This document shows, in pieces, positions 1-13,330 of a stretch of 64,000 nucleotides of DNA. This DNA comes from Anthoceros angustus (Eukaryota > Plantae > Anthocerotophyta), in assembly GCA_010909165.1 (NCBI GenBank), contig VJWM01000126.1:744001-808000 (forward strand), given 5' to 3'. A program made the position numbers and the translations under genes. Numbering within the stretch: position 1 is the stretch's first letter; each line of letters opens with the position of its first letter. The notes below the pieces were generated by a model. That model did no database searches. It was not told where the DNA came from and saw only the letters and a program-made list of their open reading frames with translations.

Positions 1-1
1 A

Positions 2-1297
2 CGCCCTATTCCAACTCCAGTAGTCCGACGAAAGCTAGTGACCACAACGCCTGATGCTTCAAATCCAGAGGCATCAAGCATCTCTCAGGAGCAAAAACCT
101 GAAGAAGATAATGCAGGCACGGATAAACTTGGCATGGAGGGAAGTGGCAAGGATGTGGTTGCTGTACGTAACTATATATCTCCATCCTCATTAAACGAGG
201 AAGATGATATTCACCACTTAAGGTCGTCGTCCTTGATTGAGTTAGGCCACACTGAGGTAGTCACGTCTAGCAGCAGGAGCTTATCCCGACCTGCATCCAT
301 CATCTCCACGTCTGCTTCCATTAGTGAAGTTGAGGAGGATGGGTCAGATACTATTGGTGGCCTGAGTCTACCCAGGTCTGGCTCTGCAAGTAGGGAACGG
401 TTGTTTCGACCATCGCTGCAGCGAAGGGCCCCAGGGTCTTCCTTACGGGCTAAATCTTTGATGGTGATTGAAGAGGGTAGGAGCCTGATTGATATTTTAA
501 AGGTTCAACAGGCTGAAATTGAAAGGCTGAAGTCTGCAGCATCAGTACAAGCGCCGGAGCGAGCAGTCACAACCGAGCCGACTTTCAAAGTGGGTACCCG
601 AATGATAAATTTCAAAACTCCAAGTGTCGTTGCAGATGGCAGAGAGTTTACTATAGCAAAACAAAGTGAACAACAGTCAAGTAGTGTGAGCCGGATCTCA
701 GGTGAGAAACCTAAGCCAGGTATCCTTCAGGGTTCAAATGCCGTCTCCGAGAGGTCTACAACGGCAAAAGGGGAAAATGTACCAGCTACCATATCCCAGG
801 CGTTGCCAGAGTCAGGTGAGGACTACAAGGCTGATGTCATGCATTCTTCAGATATTGCCATAGCGACCGAGAGACCTGCAATAGAAGTAGATGGTGAAGA
901 ACTAGCCACCACAAGTCAGACATCAGGTGGTGAAGAACTAGCCTCCACAAGTCAGACATCAGGGGTAAACCGAAATGCCAGTGGGAAAAATATAGAACCA
1001 AGTGAACAACCGCCAGCTACCACAACCCGGAGTTTTCTTCAATCAGTTCGAGGATTACTTCGAGCCTCGATGCTCACTCCTGAGAACCCGACCACAAGAA
1101 GCAGCGCATCTGCCGTAAACACTGAAATCTTAGCGGTGTCGGTAGCGGATTCTAAACGCGGGGACGTCGAAGGGAGTATAGCAGAGGTTCCCAAACCTGA
1201 GGTGAGAGCGGGTGTAGGAAAAGAGTCCGATCGTGCCGACGAAGAGCCGATAAGGTTGCGGCAGAAGCAAGTGACATTGCTAGAGACCGATGATTGA
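2..1297 (+). CDS. 3' part of an unknown Ser/Thr/Glu-rich, probably disordered protein (5'-partial; host gene or TE-derived)
   Basis: The frame is open from the window edge (pos 2) to TGA at 1295-1297, giving >430 codons without a stop. Composition is low-complexity and no domain is recognisable. Confidence 0.45.
   Translation, partial: RPIPTPVVRRKLVTTTPDASNPEASSISQEQKPEEDNAGTDKLGMEGSGKDVVAVRNYISPSSLNEEDDIHHLRSSSLIELGHTEVVTSSSRSLSRPASIISTSASISEVEEDGSDTIGGLSLPRSGSASRERLFRPSLQRRAPGSSLRAKSLMVIEEGRSLIDILKVQQAEIERLKSAASVQAPERAVTTEPTFKVGTRMINFKTPSVVADGREFTIAKQSEQQSSSVSRISGEKPKPGILQGSNAVSERSTTAKGENVPATISQALPESGEDYKADVMHSSDIAIATERPAIEVDGEELATTSQTSGGEELASTSQTSGVNRNASGKNIEPSEQPPATTTRSFLQSVRGLLRASMLTPENPTTRSSASAVNTEILAVSVADSKRGDVEGSIAEVPKPEVRAGVGKESDRADEEPIRLRQKQVTLLETDD
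893..963 (+). repeat. 36-bp in-frame tandem duplication (GEELATTSQTSG / GEELASTSQTSG)
   Basis: ggtgaagaactagccaccacaagtcagacatcaggt is repeated with period 36. Confidence 0.9.
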
Positions 1298-1639
1298 CAT
1301 TCTCTCGTTATGCACTTGTATTTGACCCGAATCAAAACCATGAATTGGCGGGACGGTTTGGTCCTTATGCAAATAAAAATGCATTGGCACAGGCGACAGT
1401 CTTAGACCGCCATTGAAACGTCCTCGCGACAGGCCTCTACAATTGACAACAAATAGTCGGCCCCTCTACACTCCCCCACCACCACTGTCCGATCCTCAAC
1501 AGTTCACGAGAGCTGATCCCATGACCTGCCATCACGCCAAACCGTCTCATACTGTCCTCCGCCCCTCGAGCAGAGGCTCCCGTTTTCTACCCCATGAGAC
1601 TTCAGTGTTGATCCTTCCTGGCAATATAACCAAACCAGC

Positions 1640-2114
1640 CTACTTGAATCTGCAGCCTTCTCAAGCCACTAGCAAAGACAAGCCAGCTACCGGCCACAAG
1701 ACAACTGAAAAACCAGGATCACCGAACGGAGAGTAAAAATCTAACCTGTGCAGCTTCACGAAAGGGGACTTCTCGGCCTGCTCAGCTGCAGATCCAGAAA
1801 GCATGTCAACCATCAGACCCTAGCAAGCGAGCAGCTCAGCTTTCACACAATCAAGTCGAATCATCGTGCCCTTGCAACTGCAGCTCAGAACACCCTTGCG
1901 TAACGCCTGCAAGGAAATCCTATGACCTAACCATGCAAATGACACAGATCGCCTCAGAATCTGTTTCACGAAGTCCAAGGCAAGCCTTACGTGTGAGCGC
2001 CAGGGACAGCTTCAGGACTCCTGCGCCAGTCACGGCAAACCCGATCATCACAAACCAGTTCCGCTTGGCCTCCTGGGCTGCTACCTGCCAGATTGGCTTC
2101 CCCCAGTACCCCAT
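1640..2114 (-). CDS. Mitochondrial F1Fo ATP synthase 6-kDa subunit (plant-type small subunit), 3 exons: 2114-1991, 1785-1746, 1649-1640
   Basis: The GT-AG spliced product is MGYWGKPIWQVAAQEAKRNWFVMIGFAVTGAGVLKLSLALTPEQAEKSPFVKLHRFK* (57 aa). It resembles the plant 6-kDa subunit pattern (KRxW..GFAVTG..I.KLT..LT.E.A..S.FV..H). Confidence 0.8.
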
Positions 2115-3511
2115 GCTATTCCGCAGATCCGCTCACCACAGCTCACTGCTCTGCTTGGCGCCAAACCCTCCCTTCCGGATGCCAACGCGCCCGATTCAAC
2201 TCCTATCCTGCAGCAAGCGGATGTCAACTTTTTCAGTAATTTTTCGACGAACGAACCAGAGCTGATGCAAATCGCCTTTTAGACATACAAAATCTACATA
2301 AGAAACAAAGTTTTTATTAGTGAACTTATCATGGATTTAATTGAGAGTAGCAATGTATGGATATTTCACTAAGTGGTCCAATAGGGCTTTTTCATAATAG
2401 GAGATGGATAATATTAGATCTTAATACTGATCTGATTTAATGGTGCTTGATTATGGAGTTTTAATGGACCATGTCTAAATGTCACTTCTGAAGGGAGAAC
2501 ATAAAAGAAATAAATTTTAAATAAATTATCTTCAAACTACATATATATATATATATAGTTTAGTTTATTACATTTTATATATGAATATACAGGGTTAGTT
2601 AAATCTTTTCTCTAATATTTAGTTTGCTGATTTCATATCTACAGACTTTAGTATCTTATTCTATACCATTATTACTTATATTAATATATTGAATATACAT
2701 CTCTATAATCTTATTTATTTATTTATTTATTTATTAAAAATTTACATGTTATGGAGCTCACCCAATGTGAACCTGACACAACGCGCGACAATGGGGACCC
2801 GATTTCAAAAACTTTTATTCTATTTGTATTAACTAGATCAATATACAATATCAACTAGATTTGATCTAGTTAATACACATATCTAAAACTTAACTTCAAT
2901 ATAATTGATGATTGTGATGTCACGGATAATTGCTAGATGGGATAAAACACTATTGAAGCTAATAATGTGATATTCATTGTTCGTAATAGTCTAGGGTTAA
3001 GATACTTGGCTTTCACTTACGCAACTCCGAATTGAATCCCATTTCTAAAATATTGCGATCTTCATCTCAATTCATAAGATATGGTCTTACACACACAAGT
3101 CCCGAAGCTGAGTCGAGCGGAATATTGACATATCATATAGGTGTCCCAACATAAATGTATTTAAAGGTATATGCATGTAAAATTAATCATATAAATATAT
3201 TATCATAAAATAATTATATCTGTGTACATATCCTTCCTTTTAGGACCCCTACGGACTGGCTGTTCGCTCAGATCAATTCAGTTCTAACCCATGTCAGCTC
3301 TAAAACAAACAGGTACCTGGACACATTCCAATGTAGCTGTCAGTCCGTTGATGTAAGCAGGTAATGATTAGATTTAGTTCGGTTTGGTTGGGGCCGATAT
3401 GAAGTGGTACGAAAATCCCAAGGTTCCATGAACTTCAAGGTTAAAATCATAATTTTACGTTTTGAACACCAGCCCGCTTCATCTCGTTCGAATTTCTTCT
3501 TGGTGTGTCAT

Positions 3512-3548
3512 TGGTGGGTGGTCTCATGGTGGGTGGTCTCATGGTGGG
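3512..3548. repeat. 15-bp tandem repeat (tggtgggtggtctca, ~2.5 copies)
   Basis: Seen directly in the sequence. Confidence 0.85.
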
Positions 3549-4469
3549 AGGGGCTCCTATGGGCTCTACGAGCTCCTTGAACTTGAGGAACCATGGCTCA
3601 AAGCTATCTCCTACGACAGCACATCTCCAATAGCTGCAACTGCTCAACTGCATGCAAGAACCTAGCAGGCGTCATCCTCATCAACCTCTTCCACCTAAAA
3701 GCATTTGAATTTGCATTCCTATTCATCAAAAAGCGCCCAAACTATGCGTTGCTTCTTTCTTTTACCCACGAACTTAAATCTTAGCATAGGGAGATATACT
3801 TCGCTACCATCATATGGTGCCATTATATGGTGGCACCATATGTGTGAATTAGTTGCACCATATGTTGTGCAACTGATTCACACACGTGAAGAGATGCTTA
3901 CCTCTAGAATCTCATCATCATCATTCAATATCTTTCCCCATTTAAATCCTAGCCCAACATAGCCAAATGGCCTCTAGTAGCCAAACTGAAGCTCATGAAT
4001 ACAAATCTAGAAGATGACCACACAAGTCTGCAAAAGCAACATGATCAACAATTTAGTTTGTAGCTCCATAAGTCCTCAAGGTATGAGCCTTCCCATCTTC
4101 AGGACCTCTATCCACTTCAATTTGATGGCCTGTCCATGAGATCACGATTCGTCATTTACACTTCGTTTGACAGATCAATTTAATCTCAAAAATGAACTAT
4201 CCAAGTTAGAGCTGAACTGTCTAGTTGGCACACGGTTCGTGTAAATGAACTACGAAACTGGACAGATGTCACTTCGGGCGAATGCCATTACGTAGGGGTC
4301 CTTTGAGACCAAAAAAACTCCTCCTAGTTGAATTAGTCACATGTTCATGTCTATGATAACGAGTGGTATTTCCACATTGTGCTCATCTCACGTGCCCTTC
4401 TAGGGAATTTAATAACATAAGCATAAAAAGGAATTAAAGCAAAGAAAATGAGCGCAATGATACAAATAG

Positions 4470-4632
4470 TGGCCGATAAAAGGATTGGTTACAAACAATG
4501 GCCATTATATACCATGGATTAGTTATATATCATGGTCGACAAAAGGATTGGTTATATACGTCGGCCATTATATACTATGGCCGACAAAAGGATTGGTTAT
4601 ATACGATGGCCGACAAAAGGATTAGTTATATA
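4470..4632. repeat. Degenerate tandem repeat of tggccgacaaaaggattggttatatac with interspersed ggccattatatac units
   Basis: About 4 copies of the aaaaggattggttata core lie in AT-rich intergenic DNA; probably TE-derived. Confidence 0.75.
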
Positions 4633-5777
4633 ATATGCCCGGTAACACAATGGAGATCACAATTATCAAGAAATATGGATAATTTCTCCTTTTGGCAAGG
4701 GCTTTTCCAATGACTCCACTCATCCTCCCATTGGACAAGCATGCCACAAGCAAACTACCCCCACCATTAAAAATACTTTAGGGATTCTCTCACTTCCCAG
4801 CCCGAAATGAATCTCGTTGACAGTGTGTGGTACAAGGACATTTGCATGATGCATCATGAGTCCATGAAAATTACGCCATAATGCATAAATTTTCACCATA
4901 ATGTTTAGTTTTTGATCGCCTAAAAATAAGGTCAAAGTTTTATTTCAAGACCCATAGTCATTCCATGATTAACTCATGAGGTAGTATTCAAGTAGATGCA
5001 CTACCAGTTAACCCTATATGATACTTGTTTCTAACTTTGAATGCGCTTGAAGGACAATACAATACATAAATGTGAAGTTTGTTCTACATAGCTACTTTGT
5101 CAAGCTGCTTGAAGTTTAAAAACTGGGCGATCTATAGATGTTGTGAGGTTTGTTCAGCATAGTTGCTTTGTCAAGTTTTGAAGCATAATATATGACTAAA
5201 ACGATAATCATGTGAAATACATTGGTTTTACAAATTGTTGAAACTAACTCTAATCAAGTGTTGTGAACGAGCCAACTTGAAGGACGTAGCTTTGTGTTCC
5301 AATTTGAATAGAAGATGTGTTGGCATGAGATAGATACTACAACGAGCTTGGTGTTCGTCGTGAATGTTCATGAGGTCAATTGTCTATTGCCTGCATCTTT
5401 TTCTTGAATTTAACTTTGATTTATTAAAAAAATGATATGAAATCATAGTTGATAAACTGAATTAATCCCAACATGATAAAACAAAAGTCTATTCGAAGAG
5501 CCGCAAGGTATGTATCAATGGTACTAGGCGATGTGGGCAATTTCTCTTACAATATGGAACTTCATTATATTATGTAGTTATTGAAATTAGATTGAAGAAC
5601 TACGTCTGTGATATAAGCTTACCTAGTGCATGCAGAGCTTGTGTGATCATAAGGTTACCTTGGGCTTTAATCCATTTGCCTTAGAAAGTTTGCGCCTTAT
5701 AAGGAGTAGGATTCTCAGATTAGTCTCATGGGCTTCAACCACTTGCCTTCAAAGACATCTGATTACTAATTATCTCC

Positions 5778-6232
5778 TAGCTATGATGGTTCGGACCAAA
5801 AATCAAATGTTCAACCATATTCTTAAGAACTAATATATACTTATATTATATATATTAAATAAAACATATCAAATGTTATGTTTTACTTGAAGACAAGGTG
5901 TTGTTGCGATGAAGATCACCTTTTGTAAGTACAAGACCAAAAGCTTGAGGACAAATTTTTTTTGTAAGTACAGGACCAAGGGCTTCTAGTGATGATGGTT
6001 GGGACCCAAAATCAAATACTCAACCATGCCCTTAGAAACTAGTATATAATTATAATTATATAATTATATATATAATATATTATGGTTTACTTCAAATAAA
6101 GTGCTGTCACGATGGAGATCCCCTTCCTCTTTTGTACTACAAGGCCAAAAGCTCCATCCCCTTTCCCTTTTGTACTACAAGGTCAAAAGCTCTATCCCCT
6201 TCCCCTTTTGTACTACAAGGCCAAAAGCTCGA
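5778..6232. repeat. Local duplications: ~130-bp diverged pair (5778-5910 / 5986-6120) plus short tttgtactacaaggccaaaagct-like repeats
   Basis: gatggtt.ggacc.aaaatcaaat..tcaaccat occurs twice. tttgtactacaagg.caaaagctc occurs three times at 6131-6230, with related copies at 5921-5980. Confidence 0.7.
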
Positions 6233-6766
6233 AGATAAAGACAAGCGGGTACATACATATACAGTTATACACCTAGATACTGGCAGAGCGGCTGTGGGCA
6301 AGTGGGCAGAGGATCTCTCTTAGTGAGATACCAAACATATAAAGATATGTAAAGAAGATTGAGAATGGAGAAAAGAAATGGGATGTTGACCAAGCGTGAA
6401 GCACATTGCTACCAGTCTATGAGTGGTGCCAGGTCGTGGCTTGTCCCACCTCGTTCCACATCCCCTCTATGACAAGGAATGCAGAATGCCGGTGACTCCA
6501 ACGAACGGTGACGCATCGATGTCCACCCTGTCTGCCCGGTTGGGCAGCGCCAAGTGGCGGCGATAACGAATTTTTTTAAGAGCCCAACACAACTGCATCT
6601 GCATTTCCTGCTCCTCGTGTTGCCTACGATTCCCCTCCCTTCCTACTCACCTCCCCGTTCCTACCGCCAGAACCATGCACCGGTATCGCAGCCTGCTGGC
6701 GCGTCCCTCCCGGATGTTGAGAATTTCATAGCCTGGGCTTCCCGCTTGCCTGCGTGCCTGCCCGGC

Positions 6767-9700
6767 ATGGAGGCTTCCGAGACTCCCTCCGCCTTTCCCA
6801 TGGCCAGCTCTGGGGAAGGCCAGCACGCCGGCCCCGAGGTCGCAATGCTCTTCATCGGCCTCTCCCTGGTCCTCGGAATCCTGTGCCGCCAGCTTCTGCG
6901 GGGCAGCCGGGTGCCCTACACGGTCGCTCTGCTGCTGCTGGGCGTCGGACTGGGCGCGCTGGGTGAGTGGGCGGTCCGGATTGCAGGGAGAGAAGTTGGG
7001 CGCTGGCTACTCGGTGTTGGGCGAATTGGGTCTCACCGCATTGCTGTATGCTGCAGAGTACGGGACGGAGCAGGGGATGGGCGCCTTGGGAGCGAGCATT
7101 CGGATGTGTGAGTGCGGTTGTGGGCGGTGAAATTCGAGCGTTTTTCTGGGTCCCCGAGGGCTGAGGTTTTGTGGGTGGTTGCAGGGTCCAATATCGACCC
7201 CAATTTGATTCTCTTCATCTTCCTGCCGGCGCTGCTGTTCGAGAGCTCCTTCGCTTTGGAGGTGCATCAGATCAAGGTGGGTGCGGAGGAGCGTTTGTGA
7301 GCTGTTTCGGAAGGTGGTGGGGGGGGGTTTTGTTTCTGAGAATGTGGGTTGTGGGTGCATTGTCTGCAGCGATGCATGCTGCAGATTGTGCTTCTCGCGG
7401 GTCCTGGAGTGGTGATCACGACTTTCTCACTGGGATTTGTCCATCAGGTAGGCTGGTCGGGAGTATTGAATTGCTTTTTGTGCGTAACTTCGACCACCTT
7501 TCATGCCCGCCCTGTTGGGTGGAGAAATTGTGGTCGCTGCTTCTGAAGATTTTTGTTGTCTGGGTTCTGGGTTCCTGTGTTTCGTTGAGTCAGTATCTGT
7601 TTCCGTATGGCTGGAATCGGAGCACTTCTCTCTTGCTGGGAGGTTTACTTGGTGCGACCGACCCAGTGGCAGTCGTTGCTCTGCTTAAAGAACTTGGGGC
7701 CAGCAAGAAGCTCAGCACCATCATCGAAGGAGAGGCGTTGATGAACGATGGGTGGGTATTGCAGCTTCATCTTGTTCTACGGCTGCAGATTGGTGCAGGA
7801 AGGTTGTAATCAAGAGCCTTACTTGTGATTATTGTGGTTGGTGCTCTTGTAGAACAGAGTGGCTATCGTGATTTATCGTCTGTTTCTGAGAATGACGCTG
7901 GGCCAGAGATTCGACGCGAAACAAATCATCTTGTTCTTAAGTCAGGTCTCTTTGGGAGCGTATGTATTGTCCAGACCCGAAGAAAAATTGGAAACTTTGA
8001 TTTGTTGAAATTCTACCCGAAATAGCTGGACTCGCTCCTTGTTGGTTGAAATTCCTCACTTTGGCGTGCACACTTATTGTCAAGTAGCTGGTCTTTGCAG
8101 AGTTGCCCTGGGTCTTGCCTTTGGGCTTGTCTCCATCATCTGGCTCGGGACTGTATTCAATGATGCAGTGATTGAGATCACTCTCACGTTCACAGCCAGC
8201 TATATGGCATTCTTTGTGGTAAGCTTGTTGATTGGTGGACAGCTCTGTGGGCAGCAAAGTCTCTTGAGTTCGAAGCATTTCTGAGCCACACATCTGAACA
8301 TGAACAGGCAGAAGATGAAGCTCAAGTGTCTGGTGTCTTAACTGTGATGACAGTTGGCATGTATGTTTTCCATCCTGTCATTATCAGGGCCTGCACTTGT
8401 CCTTGAGTCAATGCTTGAATGTTAAATGTGGGACCTGTAATTTGTCAACATATTATCAGATTCTTTGCTGCATTTGCAAAGACGGCTTTCACGGGGGAGA
8501 GTGAGAGGAGCATGCACCATTTCTGGTTATTTTTTGTTGCACCAATCTCCGTGTCGTGTTACTTTGTTTACTGTTAGTTGGAATGTTCCGGTGTCAACTA
8601 CTGATGCTGTCCCTTGGATGTGTGTTCCTGAGCTTGTGGCAGGGAGATGATTGCTTACATAGCAAACACACTTATCTTCATTCTCAGGTTTGATACCATG
8701 CGTGCAGGACACTTCTCTTTACAGCCGCGATCAACAGGAAGCGGATTGCAGTTGCATGTGTTCTATGTCTTTGAGGTTTTAAGACAAGTGCCTCTATCTT
8801 TGTGCTGAATTCTTAAACTGTATAAAGGCTCAGCAGCTGTACCATGTTTTGATGGTGAATATATGCCCACTTGATGTAGCTAGTCTAGTGTTTGTTCACC
8901 TGAAGTCTGATTGGATTTGCTGTTACATATCGCAGTGGTGTAATCATAGCAGAGAGTATACTACGAAGCCGAGACAGTATACATGGTATGCAATTGTCAT
9001 ATGCCAGGCTTTAAGTTAGATCTCATCCATCTCATCGGTGGATTGAGTTGGCTATGATCCATGGGGTTTGTGCTTGTTGGAGAGTTATGGGCGTGTGAGC
9101 CCTGTCTGAAATCCACTTCACAACAACAACATTCTCACGGTGGTTCGGTCTGCAGGTAGTGATTGGGGTTACTTGGTTATGCTGTATGTATTTGTACAGC
9201 TGTCACGGCTGCTGGTTGTTGCGGTGCTCTACCCTGGTCTTCACTATAGCGGCTATGGGCTTGATTGGAAAGAGGCTGTAATTCTAGTTTGGTCAGGCCT
9301 TCGCGGAGCAGTGGCTTTGTCTCTCTCATTGCTTGTAGCTGTAAGTTCCTATCATGAGCTGAGTGGTGAATGCAGAAGGTGGCAACTAGTTACAACTGTT
9401 TAATGTTTGTTCCCTTGTAGAGTTTAAAACCGACGTTGTGCACGTTGTTGAATCTACTGAATGAAGTCAGACCTTGAGACGGTCAATACAAAGAAGGATC
9501 TTCACGGTGAGTGTCTGTGCTGTGCAGCAAGTTGGACCGTCAGAATATGCTTATGTGTCGAAAAAGACGCAAGCACAGGTTCTTTCCATGCCAACTCATG
9601 ATACTTAGCAATTCTGCGAGCAGAACTCACTTGAGGAATAGTTAGCACAGTGTTCATTGTGGGGGTTATCTCGTTCCTTCCACTGAGAGTTCTTTACTTA

Positions 9701-12700
9701 CACACGGAGAGCAGTTTGTGTTTTTCACAGGCGGGGTGGTTTTTCTAACTCTTATCATCAATGGATCCACAACTCAGTTTCTAGTCCGTTTGCTGGGTAT
9801 GACGAGGCCTTCAGAAATTACGGTTTGTCAGTGGAATCCCTTATTTGTTAAGTAGGCAGTTTTTTTTTTGCAACAAAGAGTGGGATGAATTTTATGCCTT
9901 CCTTGTCCCCTGTATCTAAGTGAGCCTTGGTTTCTGCATAACACTGATGAAGTTTAGCCTGCTGGGCGCAGGATCTTATGTTGAACTATGCAAAGTTTGA
10001 GATGTACAGCAACGCTGTCGAGGCTTTTGGTGAACTTGGTGAAGATGAGGATCTGGGTCCAGCTGACTGGGGAACTGTGAAGGACTACATAAGCTGCTTG
10101 AAGGGAGTCTCTGATGCAGGGCGCCCCTTACATCCGCACGAGTCAGCAGCCTCTGGAGTTGCCCTGCTCAACAAACATCTTCAAGACACACGGTTACGGT
10201 TTTTGAATGGTAGGTGTTGTTGTGCCCCCTGTAATTGCTTCTGACTCATTGTTTGCCAAGTGATTCCAATCGCATCATGAGGAGCGAGGTGGAGCAATTT
10301 CCTCATTTCATTGTTGTGCCTGTGAAATGCAGGGGTGCAAGCTGCTTATTGGAAAATGCTGGAAGAAGGGAGGATAACACAAACAGCCGCCATTATTCTC
10401 ATGCGGTCTGTAGATGAGGCTCTTGATGACGTAGCTCATCTTAACGTCCTAAATGACTGGAAGGGACTTCATCCTCATGTTCATTTCCCACGGTTCCTGA
10501 AAGATCTTCAATGGAGGAGTTCCAACTGGGTGCCCCACAAGCTGCTTTCATATTTCCTAGTAGAACGGTTGGAGCTTGGTTGTTACATCTCAGCAGGATT
10601 CCTTCGAGCTCATCGACAGGCCCGGCATCAGCTTCGCGAGTTCATTGGTAACTGAAAAACCTGCTAAAAATAATATAGCTGGTCCAATTGAATTGGAGCA
10701 GTCATGGCTATGGACAAGGCAGCGTGCTGGAAATTGAGCTGTTAATTGTGGCTTCCTTGCAGGTGAAAGCGAGGTTGCAGATACTGTTATTGGAGAGAGT
10801 GAATTGGAAGGGCAGGAGGCCAAGCAATTCCTTGAAGACATTCGGGTTTCTTTCTCGCAGGTGAGCAACATCTAGAAGATGTGCATCCAATCTTGTGGAT
10901 GCCTGAAGGTCAGCAAAGTCCAATTTCCTTGTGAGGTACACCAAGGGCCTTATTTGATGGTGGACACTACATGTGTCTGTAATCTGCCACTTGCTTATCC
11001 AGGTTTTACGAGCGATAAAGACGAAGCAAGTAACCCATGCAATTCTGGTACACCTGAGTGACTATGTCGAAAGTCTTGAGAAGGCTGCTCTTCTCGGGGA
11101 GAAAGAAATCTTGCACCTACATGACTCTGTGGAGGTAATGCTTCTCTGTGTTCTATTCTGTACAATATGCGGGCAGTATTACAGAACCTTGAACCTTGAT
11201 TTTCCACGGACAGGTTGATTTGAAGAGGCTCCTGCGAAACCCGCCTTTGGTCCAAATGCCCACTGCATTGGAACTTCTGAGCGCACAGCCCTTAATCGGA
11301 GCACTTCCACCCCACCTGCAGGAACCTCTCCTGAGTTGTGCCAAGGAATACATGAAAGTGCGCGGAACTGTTTTGTACAAGGAAAAGTCTAACCCAGATG
11401 GGATTTGGATTATTGCCAACGGCATTCTCAAGGTCCTTAGCCTCCCTATTTTTACTTGCGTTTTGTTCATTATGATAAGTTATCATATTGAAATTGCACT
11501 CACTTGTCTTGCCGGTTGTGCAGTGGAGCAGCAATGCCTTTGAAAACAGGAGACTGCTCGACACTACATTTTATCACGGAAGTGTGTTGGGTCTCTATGA
11601 AAATCTTGCCGGGAAGCCATACCTTTGTAGTGTCACAACGGATACTGTGGTTCACTGTTTCTTCATCGAACGGACGAAGTTTCTACCTATCTTACAGTGT
11701 GGGATGGAGCTGGAGGATTTTCTGTGGCAGGTTCAAGATTAGGTTCTTTTTGAGATGTGATCGTCAAATGCACTTTGAAAGTTATTCTATCGGGTGTTAA
11801 CATGCCGAGTTTGTTTGTATGCAGGAAAGTGCTCTTGTGGTCGCAAAGATAGTTCTGCCTCAATGGTTTGAGGGGGTAAGTATGCAGGAACTGCGGGCAG
11901 CTGTTGGTGAGAGTGGTCACATACGAACGTACATACGCGGTGAGGTTATCAAAGTGCGCACTGGTGAAATGGGAATTCTTCTGGAAGGGTTTCTTAAGCA
12001 GGAGGGGAAGGAGGATATCATTTCAGCTCCTGCAGGTTTCATGTCAGACTCATATGCTACATCAACAGATAAAACAGCAGGTCTGTACAATAGCATTTGA
12101 GATTCTTTTCTTAAATCTCATGGGGCTGTGGAAGCTAAATCTATCTGTGTTGCCGGGACCAGGACATCAAGGAATGTATTTTCAAGTGGAGGCTAGAGCC
12201 AGGGTGCTTTTGTTTGATCACACCTCCCTTTCTTCAGAGTATATGGGGCCATCACCTTTCCAATCTCGAAAGTCCTTAATTCCCAAGCTCCTAAGCCAGG
12301 AGCAGCTCTGCACTCCACGAAGATCCTACCAGGCTGGGGAAGTTGCTATCAAAGGAAATGTGGATTCACGAGTGCCTAGATCATATGCTTCTTGTTACAC
12401 GGCCAGGGCATTACAGCTTGGTCTATTTGGCAGTGAGGTACACCATATTAGGATCAACTCATCCCTTGTTACACCTAAGCTTTTGCAGTTGCGGACAACT
12501 TGTTGCAAGAATCTTACATAAAATTGTGGCATGTACAGGTGAATCCTGCTGGTGCGTCTGCAAGCCACTCTAGTCTCCAACGTGCTTCTCATAGCCACTC
12601 CTATCCCACTGTTGTGAGGAGAGTTCTTTCAAGACCGCATCGAAATTCCTCACCTTTCCGTCCTAGAGATGCCCGCAGGTCTGTTCCATTGGATGTTCGG

Positions 12701-12796
12701 GGGAGGGAAGATTCCAGTGACAATTCTGATGGAGAAGAAGATCATATTGTGGAAATTATGTCACCAAGCACCCTCTTCCATCAAGCAGCAGATTAG
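6767..12796 (+). CDS. SOS1: Plasma-membrane Na+/H+ antiporter SOS1/NHX7 (CPA1), ~23 exons, with C-terminal cyclic-nucleotide-binding-like region
   Basis: Exons encode RVPYTVALL, IDPNLILFIFLPALLFESSF, LLGGLLGATDPVAVVALLKELGASKKLSTIIEGEALMNDG, WSGLRGAVALSL, QAAYWKMLEEGRITQ, VERLELGCYISAGFLRAHR and DLKRLLRNPPLV, and end in EEDHIVEIMSPSTLF. Introns are canonical GT-AG. The start could be ATG 6767 or the next in-frame Met. Confidence 0.96.
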
Positions 12797-13330
12797 GCGA
12801 CAATGTATGAAACAGCTGGCTATTTCCTCCTCAATTCTGTGCCCGCCGCATACCAGCCTGGGGTGCTCAGTGAGCTGATGAATGGACAAGTTGTCTCCTG
12901 AACAGATATTTGAACTTCCCTGTGAGATCAAAAAAATGTTAACCCTGAAGGTTCATTTTCTCCATCGCAAATAAGCAGGCTGGAAATGAAGCAGAGTCGG
13001 GGATGGAGGGGAGAATCTGCCACTTTCCCCATCGCAAATGAAGCTTCAATCTGGAAATGAAGCAGTCAGGGATGAAGGGAAAGGAGCACCAGCGCTGAGC
13101 TGAGTGGACCTTCAGTCTTCGGCACATAAGCAATGTGTATGGATATATAGGTGTGTTTAAGTCGAGCAAGGACAATGGAAATAGGAATGGGAAGCTTTCC
13201 ACTTACCTGTATTAGATCATGTTTCGATGTAGGCTATGTGGGTATTCATATGTATCATTCTTGTCATTCAAAGATGGATTTTAGAATTACGACTTGCCCC
13301 ACTGTCAGCAAATGGTTGCTACCTATTTGA

